From: Octopus bimaculoides
Lineage: Eukaryota
NCBI RefSeq assembly: GCF_001194135.2
Contig: NC_068984.1
Span: 39,886,452-39,950,451, forward strand
Direction of reading: 5' to 3'
Length of the DNA: 64,000 bases
Made by a program: the position numbers and the translations under genes. The notes below the pieces were generated by a model that was not told the origin of the DNA, did no database searches, and saw nothing but the letters and a program-made list of their open reading frames with translations. Shown here in pieces: positions 26,197 through 38,848 of this stretch (positions within the stretch are counted from its first letter, which is position 1; each line of letters starts with the position of its first letter).

Positions 26197-29100
26197 CTTG
26201 TAAAAAAATCAATAAACATGAATCTACTAAAGTGTACTGAGTAAGCCTTCAGTTTAATGTTAAATTGTTTTTGTATAACTTGACATAAAAAATAAAAATT
26301 AATATATAACTTTAAAAAAACAGTGACAAGTTTCATACCATGGAGAGGCATATTTGAATAAACCACTCCAAGGCAAAACTTGTGACAGTAAATTTTTCTT
26401 ATAAAAAAAAAAAAAATTTAATTATCTGTATCAAGTTCTCTATTAGATGATAACATTAATTATTATCAATATATCCTATAGTATGTATTTCATTTGAAGT
26501 ATTTCAAGGTTAAGTGATTCTATTACACCTATGCTTTAATCAAATTCTATGTATAAAAATACAATATACTTCACTTTTCATCATTTGATTACTGATGGTG
26601 CAAGAGGTACAGTGGGTACCAGAAAACAATTGACTACATTTGTGTCAAGTTGTCTAATCTTAGTCACAGATGTTGACTGGATATCAAAACAGGTTAGAAA
26701 ATATGATGTAGACATTTAGTAAAAAACTGCTATTCATCACTAAAAACAACCATATATGGTTATTGGGTCATAATAATACACTGATTTAAGTCCAAGAAAA
26801 CTAGCATGAAAATTAACACAAACAGCCAGATATCATTTAAGACTGAATTTAGAAAGCATGTCTTTTGATCAATATATCCACTTCCCCTGACAAAATTTGG
26901 AGTTAAGAGACTCAAGATAGAAGAACCTAGAAGTAGATGTAAAATAGATGCGTATGGGATTATAAATAGAAATTAAACTCATAAGAATTAGTAAAATTAA
27001 ATATAAGTAAAAACAAGGTTCCAAATGTCATATAAGCATTCTAAAGAAAAAAAAAAAATGATGAAACTAAGCATGGTACACACTATGGAAGAATCTCTAC
27101 AAACAACACATCTAACACACTTAGAGAAAACAACACTGCATGCACTAAAGTTGAATCAAATTTTTAAAAGAGAGATATTTTTTATTGAGGTACAAGGCTT
27201 ATGTCCAAAAGAAGAGCATGGTCAATTCCATTTGTTTATTTTATGGATCTGGAAGAATGAAAGGCAAAGCTAAATTAAGCAAGATTTTGAAGAATTAATC
27301 TAAATATCATAACGTACTTAATCCTGTGCTCCACTAATTTTTACCAGCAATATTTTCTTATATAGGCACAGAGCCAGAAACTTTGAAGTAGTAGACTATA
27401 TTGACCTCATCATTACCTGACTGGTATTTATTTTACTGACACTGGAAGGATTTAAGGCAAAATTGACCTCAAAAGATAGAACTGAAACAAATACTGCAAA
27501 GCATTTTGTCTGGTGCTCTAATGATTGTTAATTCAATAATAATAGTAACAATTCTTATTGAGGCAGAAATTTATTTTTTGCTGGTTGAGGGAACAATTGA
27601 TTATATCATCTGAATGATGGAAGGCAAAATTGATATTGGCATGAATACTGTGTAGAAAACAACTTTGAAAGAAGAAACAGAGGCCCTCCAGCCCTCATGT
27701 ATAAATTAGTCTAAAAGTGTATAAATTCTTTGATATCAACATTCAATAAAACCAAATGTTAGAGAGTTAAGCAACCAGATGATGCTAGCATAGACAAGAG
27801 AATCAACATTGTAATTCCTGGGAGTAACAGAATGAAAAGGAAAAAAATATCAAAAAAATTAAGTACTAAAGCCTCAAGTCTGAGATAGCAGCTATATAAT
27901 TGCTGAAATAGATGTAATACCATTAGTGTTAGGAATAGTATGTACTAGGTTAGACAAACAGTTAATCAAGATAAAAATTAGAATGGAATATCTCAAAACT
28001 ACTTAGAAATAGCTAGAATATTAGAGATCTAGTGTAAGTGTCAAATTAAAACAGCATAAAATGCATAAAGACAATATTATGAATTGTAATTCACTGCTTC
28101 ATACAAACACTCTAGTATAAATGTTAAAACTAAGAAAGGATAGTAGTAATAATAAATCATTTCTATTGATTAAGAAAACTTCAATATTTTTGAAAGAGGA
28201 GAAAGAGGAACACGACCTCCATAATTATCAAGGTATTATTTTGTAATCTACTTTGTTTAAATAAGAATTATTTTTAACATGGCACAAAGTCAGAAACTTC
28301 TGGAGAAGAGAACAATCGATTATTATATAAATACCAGTACATGACTGATACTCGTTTTATTGAGCCCGAAAGGATGAAAGGCAAAGTCAATCACGGCAGG
28401 ATTTGTACTCAGAACATAAAGGGCTGTGACTAAATACTGCAAAGTATTTTCTTTGACACTAACAATTCTGCCATCCACTGTCCTACTTTGTTTAAATACA
28501 AATACAACCATTGTATAAACAGAATTTTTTAAATATTAAAACATAATTCATTTTTATATAAAACAACAAATGATTTCTGAGCTTACTTCATAATGTTTTG
28601 CAACATTTGAGAATTTGAGAGAAAAAACAAATATGCATATGCACTTCCACACAAAGATGACAGTGATAGTTCTAAACTTCTGAGTAAGTTTGTTCAATAA
28701 TATATGAATAGAACACGAATAGAAATTTTTATGACTAATGCAAGTTATGTCCCTTTACACCAGATTAGCAGCAGTATTCAAGCAGTAATTTTATATTTAA
28801 CCACCGAACTTCAAACTGAGTAACGTGTACAGAAGGATTGGTTTTCAAATTTCCAAATTAATTCCTAAAATTACAGGTATTTTCGTAGAGATTGTTATTG
28901 TATTTTATTTACTTAATACCGTTAATATTTATGTTAGTGTTACTTACAAGCTTGACTTGAATAAAATATAATTAAATATAAAATATAATCAAATCTTTAA
29001 GCTCTAAATGATTTAATTACTTTTTAAGAAGGCAATTGAATACAAAATAAAATTTTTACAGAACTGATTTTTTGAAAAAATAAAAATCATAAGCTATAAT

Positions 29101-31223
29101 TATTCAAATAAATTTTATAACATAACATTAAGAAAAAATATATTGTAAAAAATAAACTGATAAACTAAAAAAAACTTTAAGGAAGATGAATATAAATTGT
29201 AAGCACATTCAAGCATTCAACATTAACCATGCATTTAACATTACAAAAAATTATTTAACTAACTAAATATCTTTCAGAGGACAATACATGGAAATCAAAC
29301 TCAGAATCATGAAGTCCCATCAGAAATAATTTAGCCTTTTGGTATTAACGAGTTAATGTGTCAATAATATGCAGAGATAAATAAATAAATCTGTTAACAA
29401 AAGTGATGTCTGTTAAAAGTTCAAATGAAAGAGATAAATCAATGGTTAGTACCTATTCGGTTACAGAAATATTTACATTAAAAACAAATCCGTGTGTAAT
29501 ATCTTTAGAAAATAAATCATTTGCGAAATGGAGTAAATTTGAAAGGGAATGGCCTGTCAGTATAAAAATCTTGATCCATTATAGAAAATTCTTCTTTCAC
29601 TATTTCATCAAACAATTTTTAATCAGACAAATGTTCATGTCTTTTGAATATGTAAAAACAGAATGAAAATAACAGATCAAGATATGTTCACATTTTGCTA
29701 TTAACTTAGAGATTATGTTGAATATTTTTTTTCTTTATAAAGAACATAGACCACACAAGTGGATAAAAAGCTCATCACAGTCTCTTTCAGTCACCTATGT
29801 GCATTGATTTATCAATAGCAAGCAACTTATTTTACTAACTACTGATTTTTACTAATAGCGCTGAGTAATATTATGTATATTCATTAGCTGAACACAGCGG
29901 ACTAATTTTTTGATCATTTTGTTACATTCCAAAAGATATTTTCATAAATTACCATTTTCATTGTTAACGAATAGGTTAACTAATAGATGTTAAATCTAGA
30001 GAACCAATGCTGCCAATCAACTTTAGCAAATTTTATCAGTTCAAACACTAAAAATCTAAATGACACTAGTTGTAAAATTGATTTCAAATTTTTGTTGTAA
30101 AATATCTATTACAGCTGGAAAACAATTCTATATTTGAGAGAGTGAGAGTGAAACAAATTGAGGAGGAAGAATCATCTAATGAATAGTAAATTTATCTTTT
30201 TGTATAAAATTTACCTTTAGAATATCACCACAAGCCTTTATGATGAAATAGATGTATCGACATGAAAACTACAAAAGAGCTTGTCATGATAACAACCTAC
30301 TCTATTGCCAATGAATTAACAAATAAAACATTAGTACAATGTTTTAAATGTATTTTGAAAACTGTAGAAAGCAGCAATATTTCTAGAAAACAATATCAAT
30401 ATGTATCTCTTGCTGATATAACTACTACAAAATGTTTATAAATATTCCATGGTTTTTTTTTTAGAACTTTTTCTGCCAGGAACAAGAGGCAACAATTAAA
30501 AATAAATACTTGAAAAAGCGTACATGATAAATATACAAAAAATATAAAATTGATTTTATAACCAATTAATTAATTATTGTTGGAGCTAAATTTTCATTGT
30601 TGGTATTTTGCATGACATTAATTAGATTAAGCATGTACATTTTCTATAAAAAATTACATAAAAATATATATGTATATATATATATATTTGGTCTGGTATG
30701 GTACAACCATATGGCAATTAACAATGAAACAAGATAAATTACGTTTACAAATTTATACACATTGATTTCAATCTATGGCAAGCCTTCCTAAGGTTCAAGT
30801 TATAGATATCTATGTAATGCTTAAAAATCTTAGTATTTGATTCCACAAAAACGTTTAAAAGAAAAATGTTGGCTGCTTAATAATTTAATTTCTTTTCCTA
30901 CATAGCAGTTTGAAGTTAATCTATAATCTAATGATCTCAATAATATTAGTTGCTATTACCGTTGAGTGTAGAAAAACCAGCAACTATATCTCAAATATGA
31001 AATATTTCCAACAATATAAATATGTAAATCAAGTGATTAGATCTACTTGATAACAGCAATATCACACTGAATTAGTTGAGAACACAGGCGCACAATAATT
31101 GTTCATTCATACATTTTACATGCACACAAACAATATTTTACAAACGTGCATGTAAGAAAACGATGCTAAAGTATGCAATCTCCCTGACATGTTTATCTGT
31201 GGGTGTGTATATGTATGTGAATG

Positions 31224-31263
<40 letters not shown>

Positions 31264-31357
31264 AATGTATGTATATACGGATGCACATACACACATAGAT
31301 ATACTTATACACACATTTTATGTTTATAAAAGATGATTTGTCTGATAAACTATAAAT

Positions 31358-31388
<31 letters not shown>

Positions 31389-31756
31389 TGTAATTATTAA
31401 ATAATACTCTCACCCAATGAAATTAAAAGATAAAAATTGCATGCTAAAACATACAACTCAACAGTGACTGGGTCATTTCTTTAAATTTGACAGTTTCAAT
31501 GCTAGTGAGCTCGTTCATAATTCTGGGCACTCCAAGATGAATTTGTTCTGACAATTCTAAAGGCAACCTAGAGACCAACTCTTTAATATATTTTTTTCTT
31601 TGTAGAACAGATGATACTCACCAAGCAGAGCAAACTCTGGGGATATGACTCAGTCAACCTGCCTACTGGCAAGGTAGCAAATGTAATAATATAAACATTA
31701 GTTTGACAGATCAAGGATTACATGAAAATGGATTTATGGACTAATGATCTTGTTAA

Positions 31757-31997
31757 TCAATCCCCAGTTGTTACCCTAGGCTTTTTTTCAGCTGATGGTT
31801 GATCATCATGATCTGTGACACTGATAGGGTGATGGAGGACGGGATGTAATGAGGGAGATGGATTGTGATGGTTTGGAGACAGATGTTGAACAACTGTAGT
31901 TTGTAAGCGATGAGTAGATATATTTGGGGATGTTGAATCTCGAGGTGGTGTGACTGGTTCACTTTTGATTTTTCCACTTTCCGTTGTATGAATTGCG
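31757..31997 (-). CDS. MEF2: MEF2 last coding exon (SAIHTTESGKIKSEPVTPPRDSTSP...DQPSAEKKPRVTTGD*)
   Basis: cttttctctttttaaag acceptor, phase 2. Contains the IKSEP.TPPR SUMO-type motif and a basic KKPR motif. TGA at 31757-31759. Summed CDS is 1314 nt (or 1299 nt) and divisible by 3. Confidence 0.92.
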
Positions 31998-33786
31998 CTT
32001 TAAAAAGAGAAAAGAACATTACGTTAGTAATAATTAAAAAAAATAAAAGGGAAATATTTTCACAGATATTTACTTAATTTAGGTTACATGGTTTTATACC
32101 AGAAAAATTACATAAATAATTGGATAAGTGATTTATATTATTGGATTAATCTCCTTACATTTAGTACTCAGCATAACACAGTATTTCGAAGACTCTTGGG
32201 AGTCAAATGGTGTAATTTTGTAAAAGTATAATAAATAGATGAAGAAATAATAAAGAGTAGACAGTTTGACCTTGAGTAAAATCGATAGTCCAAAGTACAA
32301 AGAGAAGAGGGAAACTTACACCTGAGAACAATGCAGAAAGAAAAAGAAAATCATAACTAAGCATAAGACTGGTAAGAATTGATACAGGCCATTTCTTTTA
32401 AGTAGTGTTAGAGGTAGTGACAGCCAGCACATAGCAATAAAATGTAAGTGGTATGTATTTTCAACTACACTTGACATAAACAAACAAATGTATGTGTTGA
32501 TTGAATATTAAAAAAAAAAAGTTTCTGCCAGGCTACACAGTTTTGTATTACTATCTCACACATAATCATTAAGCTCCCAAATGTGAATGAGCATAATTTT
32601 GCTATCGAAACTTCAAAGATAAGCAAAGAAAAATTGAAAAACTGTCTCATAGTTTGTATTTTGGAAAATTAATGTCTAACCTAGTAAAGTATTGATAACA
32701 TACTTTTGCTGAAATTTACAACCTTTCTTACAATAAATTTTGAAAATAATGATGAGTCTATTGAAATAACTATCATAACTAAACTGGTGTTCGAAACATG
32801 ACCTGAAATTTTGATGGAGGTTTTAAGTTATAATACTTTAAAACAAAAAGATTGTATAAAAAAATCAGGGTAATCTTAGGAAGATTGGTTGCAAAAAGTT
32901 TTAAAATGCTGATATGTTATAGTGCCTCCCATAGAGGAGGTGGGGCTTGAAATAAACATTGCAAGCCAATGAAACACTTAATATTATAAGCAGTGAACTA
33001 TATTTATTGTGGTACTCCCATACAACTATCTGAAATGAAGCATTGAGAGTTAAGTAACTTAGTGATGGATACAGCATAATGTAAATCACATAATGCCAAC
33101 AACCAACTAGCTAGCTACAGCTCTTATGGAAAATATTATCTAAAAAATTACATGCTTAATGCAAGACTAAAATTCAAATTTTAAAATAAAAATACAGAAC
33201 CAAACAAGAGTAGACTAGGTTCCAATCCTTTTTAAGCACTAATTATGCAACCAATATGCATGTATGGTATCATACTAAGGTTCACCTGGAGTGGGGAGAG
33301 CATCAGTTAAGGACCTGGAAACTAAGAAGGGCTCTCGTCAATTTCTTACAGAGGTAGGAAGCCCCATTCTCATCTGAGGTGGATCTTGAAAACATCCTCA
33401 TTCTACCTTGCAAAATTTCTCTGAGGCTATGACAAAAGGGTTTTTATGTAAATTAACAATTTCCTGACACTTATTGAATTAGATATGTAATCCGATTTGG
33501 GCGATAACAAGAATGCAAGATTGGAACTTAAATACACTACAACTTATTATCTAATCAACATATGCAGTTTCTCGTTTTCTGCCCCACAGTATATTAATCA
33601 ATTAAAAGAAGGCTGTTAAATTATAAATGGAAATACAAACTACCAAGATGATATTGCATAATCATTAAAAAATTACTCAATTAGATAACATTGTAAACAG
33701 ATGAGGATAAGAAGGTAGGTGTATTTATGAAGATGATGATAATTAATTTTACTATATACACAAGAAAAATTTGAAAAAATTTTTAC

Positions 33787-33901
33787 CTGGCAGATAGTTG
33801 TAGACTTGGACCATGAGCTGAACCTTGAGTCGCCCATTGGGTTAGAAACGTTTTGTTGCTACCTATGAAACCAGCTAATTCTGCACTAAACTGGGCATCA
33901 T
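33787..33901 (-). CDS. MEF2: MEF2 coding exon 7 (DDAQFSAELAGFIGSNKTFLTQWATQGSAHGPSLQLSA)
   Basis: ttttag acceptor, AG|GTAAAA donor, 115 nt, phase 1-2, open frame. Phases fit both neighbouring exons. Contains a QW motif as in MEF2 C-terminal regions. Confidence 0.8.
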
Positions 33902-34339
33902 CTAAAATTTTTAAAAAATATACAAAAGTAAACGATTATTTGAAAACAGTTCTCCACATTCTAGTTAACCCTTTATCATATATGATAGAATTCATAATGT
34001 TAAAATATGAAATAAATCACCCTGTTTTTAGTACTGATACACTGTATCTTTGTACATTGTAAGATACAATTAAAAGGTTTGGTGTTGGGAAGAGCATCTA
34101 GCCATAAAATACTACCTCAAAAATCCCATCCAACCTATTCCAGCACAGAAATATGGAGGGGGTGATGATGATAATCCTATAACTTAACTTTTACAAAAGT
34201 TATTTTTAATCACATATTTTCCTAATATTTATAAAAAGGGATAAATATTTAATAAAAACAAGGCCAAAAATTTCATTTAAATCAAGAATCATCACCATTT
34301 TTATGTTTGTTTTCTTCATGTTTGCATGGGTTGGACAGG

Positions 34340-35700
34340 TCATCTCCACTTATCAGTCACTCATCTCCAATACAAGGTTCTGCCTCCTACTCCATACCTT
34401 CTTCTGCAGGTTCTTTCTACTTGGAGTGCTTGAAACTTCTTTACTTGAGTGTATGTCATCCTCCTTACAGACACATGACATGCCTTCTCTTCCACACAGT
34501 TGATTCCATTTATACCCAGTGTTTCTCTCTGGCCACAAGCTCTGTTATTTATGACCACTAACATTACACATCCATTAGGGCATACTCGCTCAATTTCTTT
34601 TCTGTAAATTAGGTAATCTAAGTGAGGAAAGTTACCAACTACTTCAGGAAGTTTTCCAAGCATTTGAAAGAATTTATTTCATTGGTGCACCTACTGCTAA
34701 CTATTCCTGTAGATCTGCTATAAACAAAGTCTTCTTTGTCAGTTACTTTATTTATCTATAATTTACACTGAGAGGAAAACACAGAATTTCCATACACTCC
34801 TTTTCTGTATACTGAGCATGACTACATCACACATCTTTCTAGCAAATACCTTTGTCTTTGCTTCTATGCTTGAGATTTCTCTAATTCTTGAACAAATTCA
34901 GCAACAAAAATTAGGTCACTAACATACAAGGGGTTCCCATGAAAAGTCAGTTTTAAACCCCTCTGTTATGGCCTGAACAGCCATAATGAACACAAGGGAC
35001 CAGGAATGGAGCCATGATGAACACATATGCACACTAAATTCCTTGCTGAACACATTGCCAACTCTCACCTTGCTGACAGTATTTCTGCATGGTCCACACA
35101 CGCTATTCATCTACACCAGTTTTTAGCAACTGCCAGACTATGGAGCAAAGAATCCTCTCAAAGGCCTTTTCTAAATTGAGAATACAAGGTACAGTGGCTT
35201 GCTCTTCACACAAGAACTTTTCTTGTAGTTGTCTCACAGAAAGAGCAAATCAGTGGTATCTTAGCCTGGCACCAACTCCAAATGCATCTCGTCTAAGTAA
35301 ATTTTCTTTCTAACTAATAGTGCTTTCATAACATGATTCATTGTTCTGATACTTCTGTTGTTAATCCTTTCTACAGTATCCCTTTTGCTCTTGTAGCAGT
35401 TGATGATTATGATACTCCCATTGAATCTATCTGGCTTGTGTATATGCCTGATTAGGTTATCAGGTGATTAGTTAGTTTTTTGAAGTTAGTGTTGTAGATT
35501 GTTATTTGAACTGCAAAATTCCAAGTCTTAATCCTTTCTCATTTCTTGCACCATATCCCTAACCTCTATATTCAGTGAAGTTGTCATCATGTTGTTACCC
35601 AATATGTCCACTGAAGTCATCAGTCCATAATGACATGGTTGTCTGCAAGACAGCTTCAAAGAAACATTCCTTATGCTCATATACAGAGGAAACATTAATG
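34340..35700 (-). mobile_element. Degraded RTE LINE fragments (endonuclease to C-terminus) in a MEF2 intron
   Basis: Reverse complement shows decayed IL.F...NNL..TN.F and LGI..I.C..E motifs, similar to the 48640 copy. Confidence 0.55.
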
Positions 35701-35781
35701 AAATTGATACAGTTTTTTAAAAAAATGATTAGCATAACCACATAAAGAATTCAGTATTAAAGAATGAAAGGTTCTAATTAC

Positions 35782-35872
35782 CTGCTAACTGGGACGGATT
35801 AGTCATTGTACTTCCAGGTGTGGCTACAGATACGACAGGTGTATCCAGGGCACTCAAGCCTCCACGAATATT
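35782..35872 (-). CDS. MEF2: MEF2 coding exon 6 (NIRGGLSALDTPVVSVATPGSTMTNPSQLA)
   Basis: ctttgaag acceptor, G|GTAATT donor, 91 nt, phase 0-1. Contains the conserved MEF2 L.TPVVSVATP motif. Confidence 0.9.
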
Positions 35873-36104
35873 CTTCAAAGAAATGTTACAAAAATGGTAT
35901 CAAAAATAAAATATGTAACCTTTAAGCAGCAATAAATATATGTAAACTAAAGTCATGCATGTCGACATCTGTACAAAAACAATGGATAGAGACTTTTTTC
36001 ATTCATTATAATCCTTAGTTACAACATAAATAATTTCATCATTGGCACTCATTTGTTTTATACATTGCACCATTTTTGGCAAACATATAAGGTATACTAA
36101 ATTT

Positions 36105-36172
<68 letters not shown>

Positions 36173-37019
36173 NNNNNNNNNNCAACACCAGGCTCCAATC
36201 TAATTTGGCAGAGTTTCTACAGCTGGATGCCCTTCCTAACGCCATATATATATATATATATATATCTACCGAGATTGTTTCTGCAATATATGCCAATTTC
36301 TTGGGCACTAATTGTTAATACTTTCTAACATTTTCATACATACTGTCTTTGTTGGTATGATTTTTTAAGCAAAATTATATTTCTCCATGAATGTATAGTC
36401 ATAGCTGATGCCACTCTCAATGAAGAAATAATGGTTCCTATTTTCAGTTCAGAAAACTAAGGGTTGAAACATATCTGTCTAGTAACCATTTTATTATCTT
36501 TCACAGGCATGGTCCCAGGAAATTTTTGAAGGGAAGTCACAAGGTCAGAAGGGAATACAATTCCAGGAGAAATGGGCATAAATAATATTATTTAGAAGGG
36601 CACACTTCTTTTCTTGAAGGGGGGGGGGGTATGTGCCCCTCAGCCCCCAACCCACCTTCAAATAGTAGTACCAACCTGAATTTAACTAGCAAGATTCTAC
36701 TAAGATTTTTGTTAATTACAAATTCCAACTTGACTATTAAAAATGTTGCAATAAACTTAATAGAAAGACTGCAATAGCCAAAAACATATAAATATTAAGC
36801 ATGTAGGTTAAATAAGTTAGCAAACATCTGTCTTTTTAAAACTCCACAACTCTGATTAAGCACCAGTAATCTTTAGAAAGAATTTTGTACCATACAAATG
36901 CACTAGAAATACAATTAACTTTGAAAAGCATTAATCTAAAGAAAACACACTTTTTTTACAGAGGAGGTAAAGAATTTTCAGGTTTATTTAAAGAATGAGA
37001 AATAATTCAAGATACTCAC

Positions 37020-37285
37020 GATATCATTGGTTATCTTTGGCGGTATGAGTATTCTTAAATCTGGTCTAGATTTAGTTTGTAGTAAGTGTCCTGCACTGGT
37101 AGTACTTAAGTCAGTGACATCTTTATTGTTAACCAATGTAGTAACTAAAGATGGACCAGGTGAAGATTGTGCTCCAGGAGAATTGCTGTCTTCTGTGGCT
37201 TGGGATGGTATCTGTAGAGAACGAGTGGCAGTAATTGGAGAACTGGATGAATCTCCACCACTTTTTGAACCTGAATATAGCGATA
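37020..37285 (-). CDS. MEF2: MEF2 coding exon 5 (...SKSGGDSSSSP...KSRPDLRILIPPKITNDI), includes MAPK docking-type motif
   Basis: Phase 1-0, ATC|GTGAGT donor. Two in-frame acceptors (exon start 37285 or 37270). KSRPDLRILIP matches MEF2 RKPDLRV.IP. Confidence 0.88.
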
Positions 37286-37990
37286 CTTTAAAACAGAAAT
37301 AAATATCAGACATGAGTAGATAATTAATTTTAGTTTAACATACATTCCAAAATATTTCATTTAACTATTCAAATTTAAAAGGAGTTAATTCATAGAAATC
37401 ATAACCACTGATTTTAATCTGTATTGTCATTTGCTCTTCCATGCAAATATGACTCAGAAAGTTCTGATATTACGATGCAATATCATGTCAATAATTTGGT
37501 TAAAAAAAGAAAAACTCCTATTGCTGAACAGAAGAATGTCTACCTTCAAATATACACGAAAATATGAAAATTATTAACTGAAGAATACTCTAAATAAATT
37601 GCCTAGAGTAAGTTATATAAATGCACCAAGTTGTTGGCATAAATGAACCAAAAACGTTTATCACACACAATATAATACACCCCTAAATGAGAAAAAAAAG
37701 CATTATTTATATTTTTCTTACATCTGATTTCCATGTTAGCGTGGCTTGGACAGTTAGATAGGATCCAATGAGTCAAGACCATGTCTTGCTCCAGTGTCTC
37801 AGTTTCGGCAAGGTTTTTATACCCAGAATGCCTTCCTAATGTTAACTTTACTGTAATTTACTTTACTTTACTGTATTGGGTGCATTTTTAATGGCAACAA
37901 TAATTCACAATTTTTCTAAAATAACTGAACTGCATCATTAAACACTCTTCCAAGTGTAAACATTAACTTTCAAAAAAATTTTATTTTTAC

Positions 37991-38204
37991 CTGATGTGGA
38001 AGGCACAGGACTGTAGCTAGCTGGTATTGCAGAAATTGTAGACTGACCATTCTGATTAGAAGGTAACAAAAGAACTGTATTTTGACCAGTTGCAGCTGAC
38101 ACAGATGGAGCTGCCTGAGAACTGTTTATACCAGAATTAGGGATTGAGAAGTTACCAACAGGTACAGAAGCAGGATAAGACGTCACTGAAGTTGGAGTCT
38201 GTTG
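37991..38204 (-). CDS. MEF2: MEF2 coding exon 4 (QQTPTSVTSYPASVPVGN...PVPSTS), S/T/P-rich transactivation region
   Basis: ttttctttcag acceptor, G|GTAAAA donor, 214 nt, phase 0-1. Lies within ORF 37938-38237. Confidence 0.85.
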
Positions 38205-38719
38205 CTGAAAGAAAACGATGGTCAAATTAAAAATCACAAAACTAGGAGCAATGATATAACTATAGAGAAAACAGATAATGAGGGACAGGCCTTTCTCTTA
38301 ACTGATACTAGATTATTGTAGTTAACTTAACCCAGAAAGGACCATATCTGTTCTCTCATTAAGTAAACTGTAAAAGAAACAAAGCCTTCAACAGGATATG
38401 AACTCATGATCTATCAGTCTGAAAATGTATTTTAATCATGTTTCCTCTACATGAATTGAATTTGTCAAGTCAAAATATAAATCAAGTACAAACACACAAA
38501 TTAAGTACAATCAGAAATAAAAGGGCATAAATGTAGGAATGCTATAGATCATTAATAGATAATGGAAAAGAGTTTATTTTCTTTTCTATCAAACTTAAAT
38601 AACTTGAAAAAGAATTAATGATAAAAGCAATAGCAAAAAATACTTGAAACCTGGTTAAAGGACATGTTGCAATATTAAATTACAATTAAATTAAATCAAA
38701 TTTTTGAAAGAATACCAAC

Positions 38720-38848
38720 CGTTGGTTGCTGCATAACTCTAGCATACTCAGCATCGATTCGTTTATAGCTTTCCATTGTGTGAGGAGTCAGCACATATTC
38801 ATCTTCTTGGTCAGGACTATCATTACCTTTGTCTTTCTTATTTAAAAG
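38720..38848 (-). CDS. MEF2: MEF2 coding exon 3 (LLNKKDKGNDSPDQEDEYVLTPHTMESYKRIDAEYARVMQQPT), alpha/HJURP-C-like region
   Basis: Not in the ORF track; translated by hand. ctttag acceptor, ACG|GTTGGT donor, 129 nt, phase 0-0. Resembles the vertebrate LNKKE..SPD...Y.LTP.TE.KY.KI..EF motif. Confidence 0.9.

Noticed and set aside
26560-27270. ORF 27025-27273 as a host gene
   Set aside because: Looks like a decayed LINE C-terminal remnant; too degenerate to classify.
20300-31600. Conserved miRNA genes linked to MEF2 biology (miR-1, miR-133, miR-9)
   Set aside because: No mature sequences noticed on either strand by eye; not an exhaustive search.
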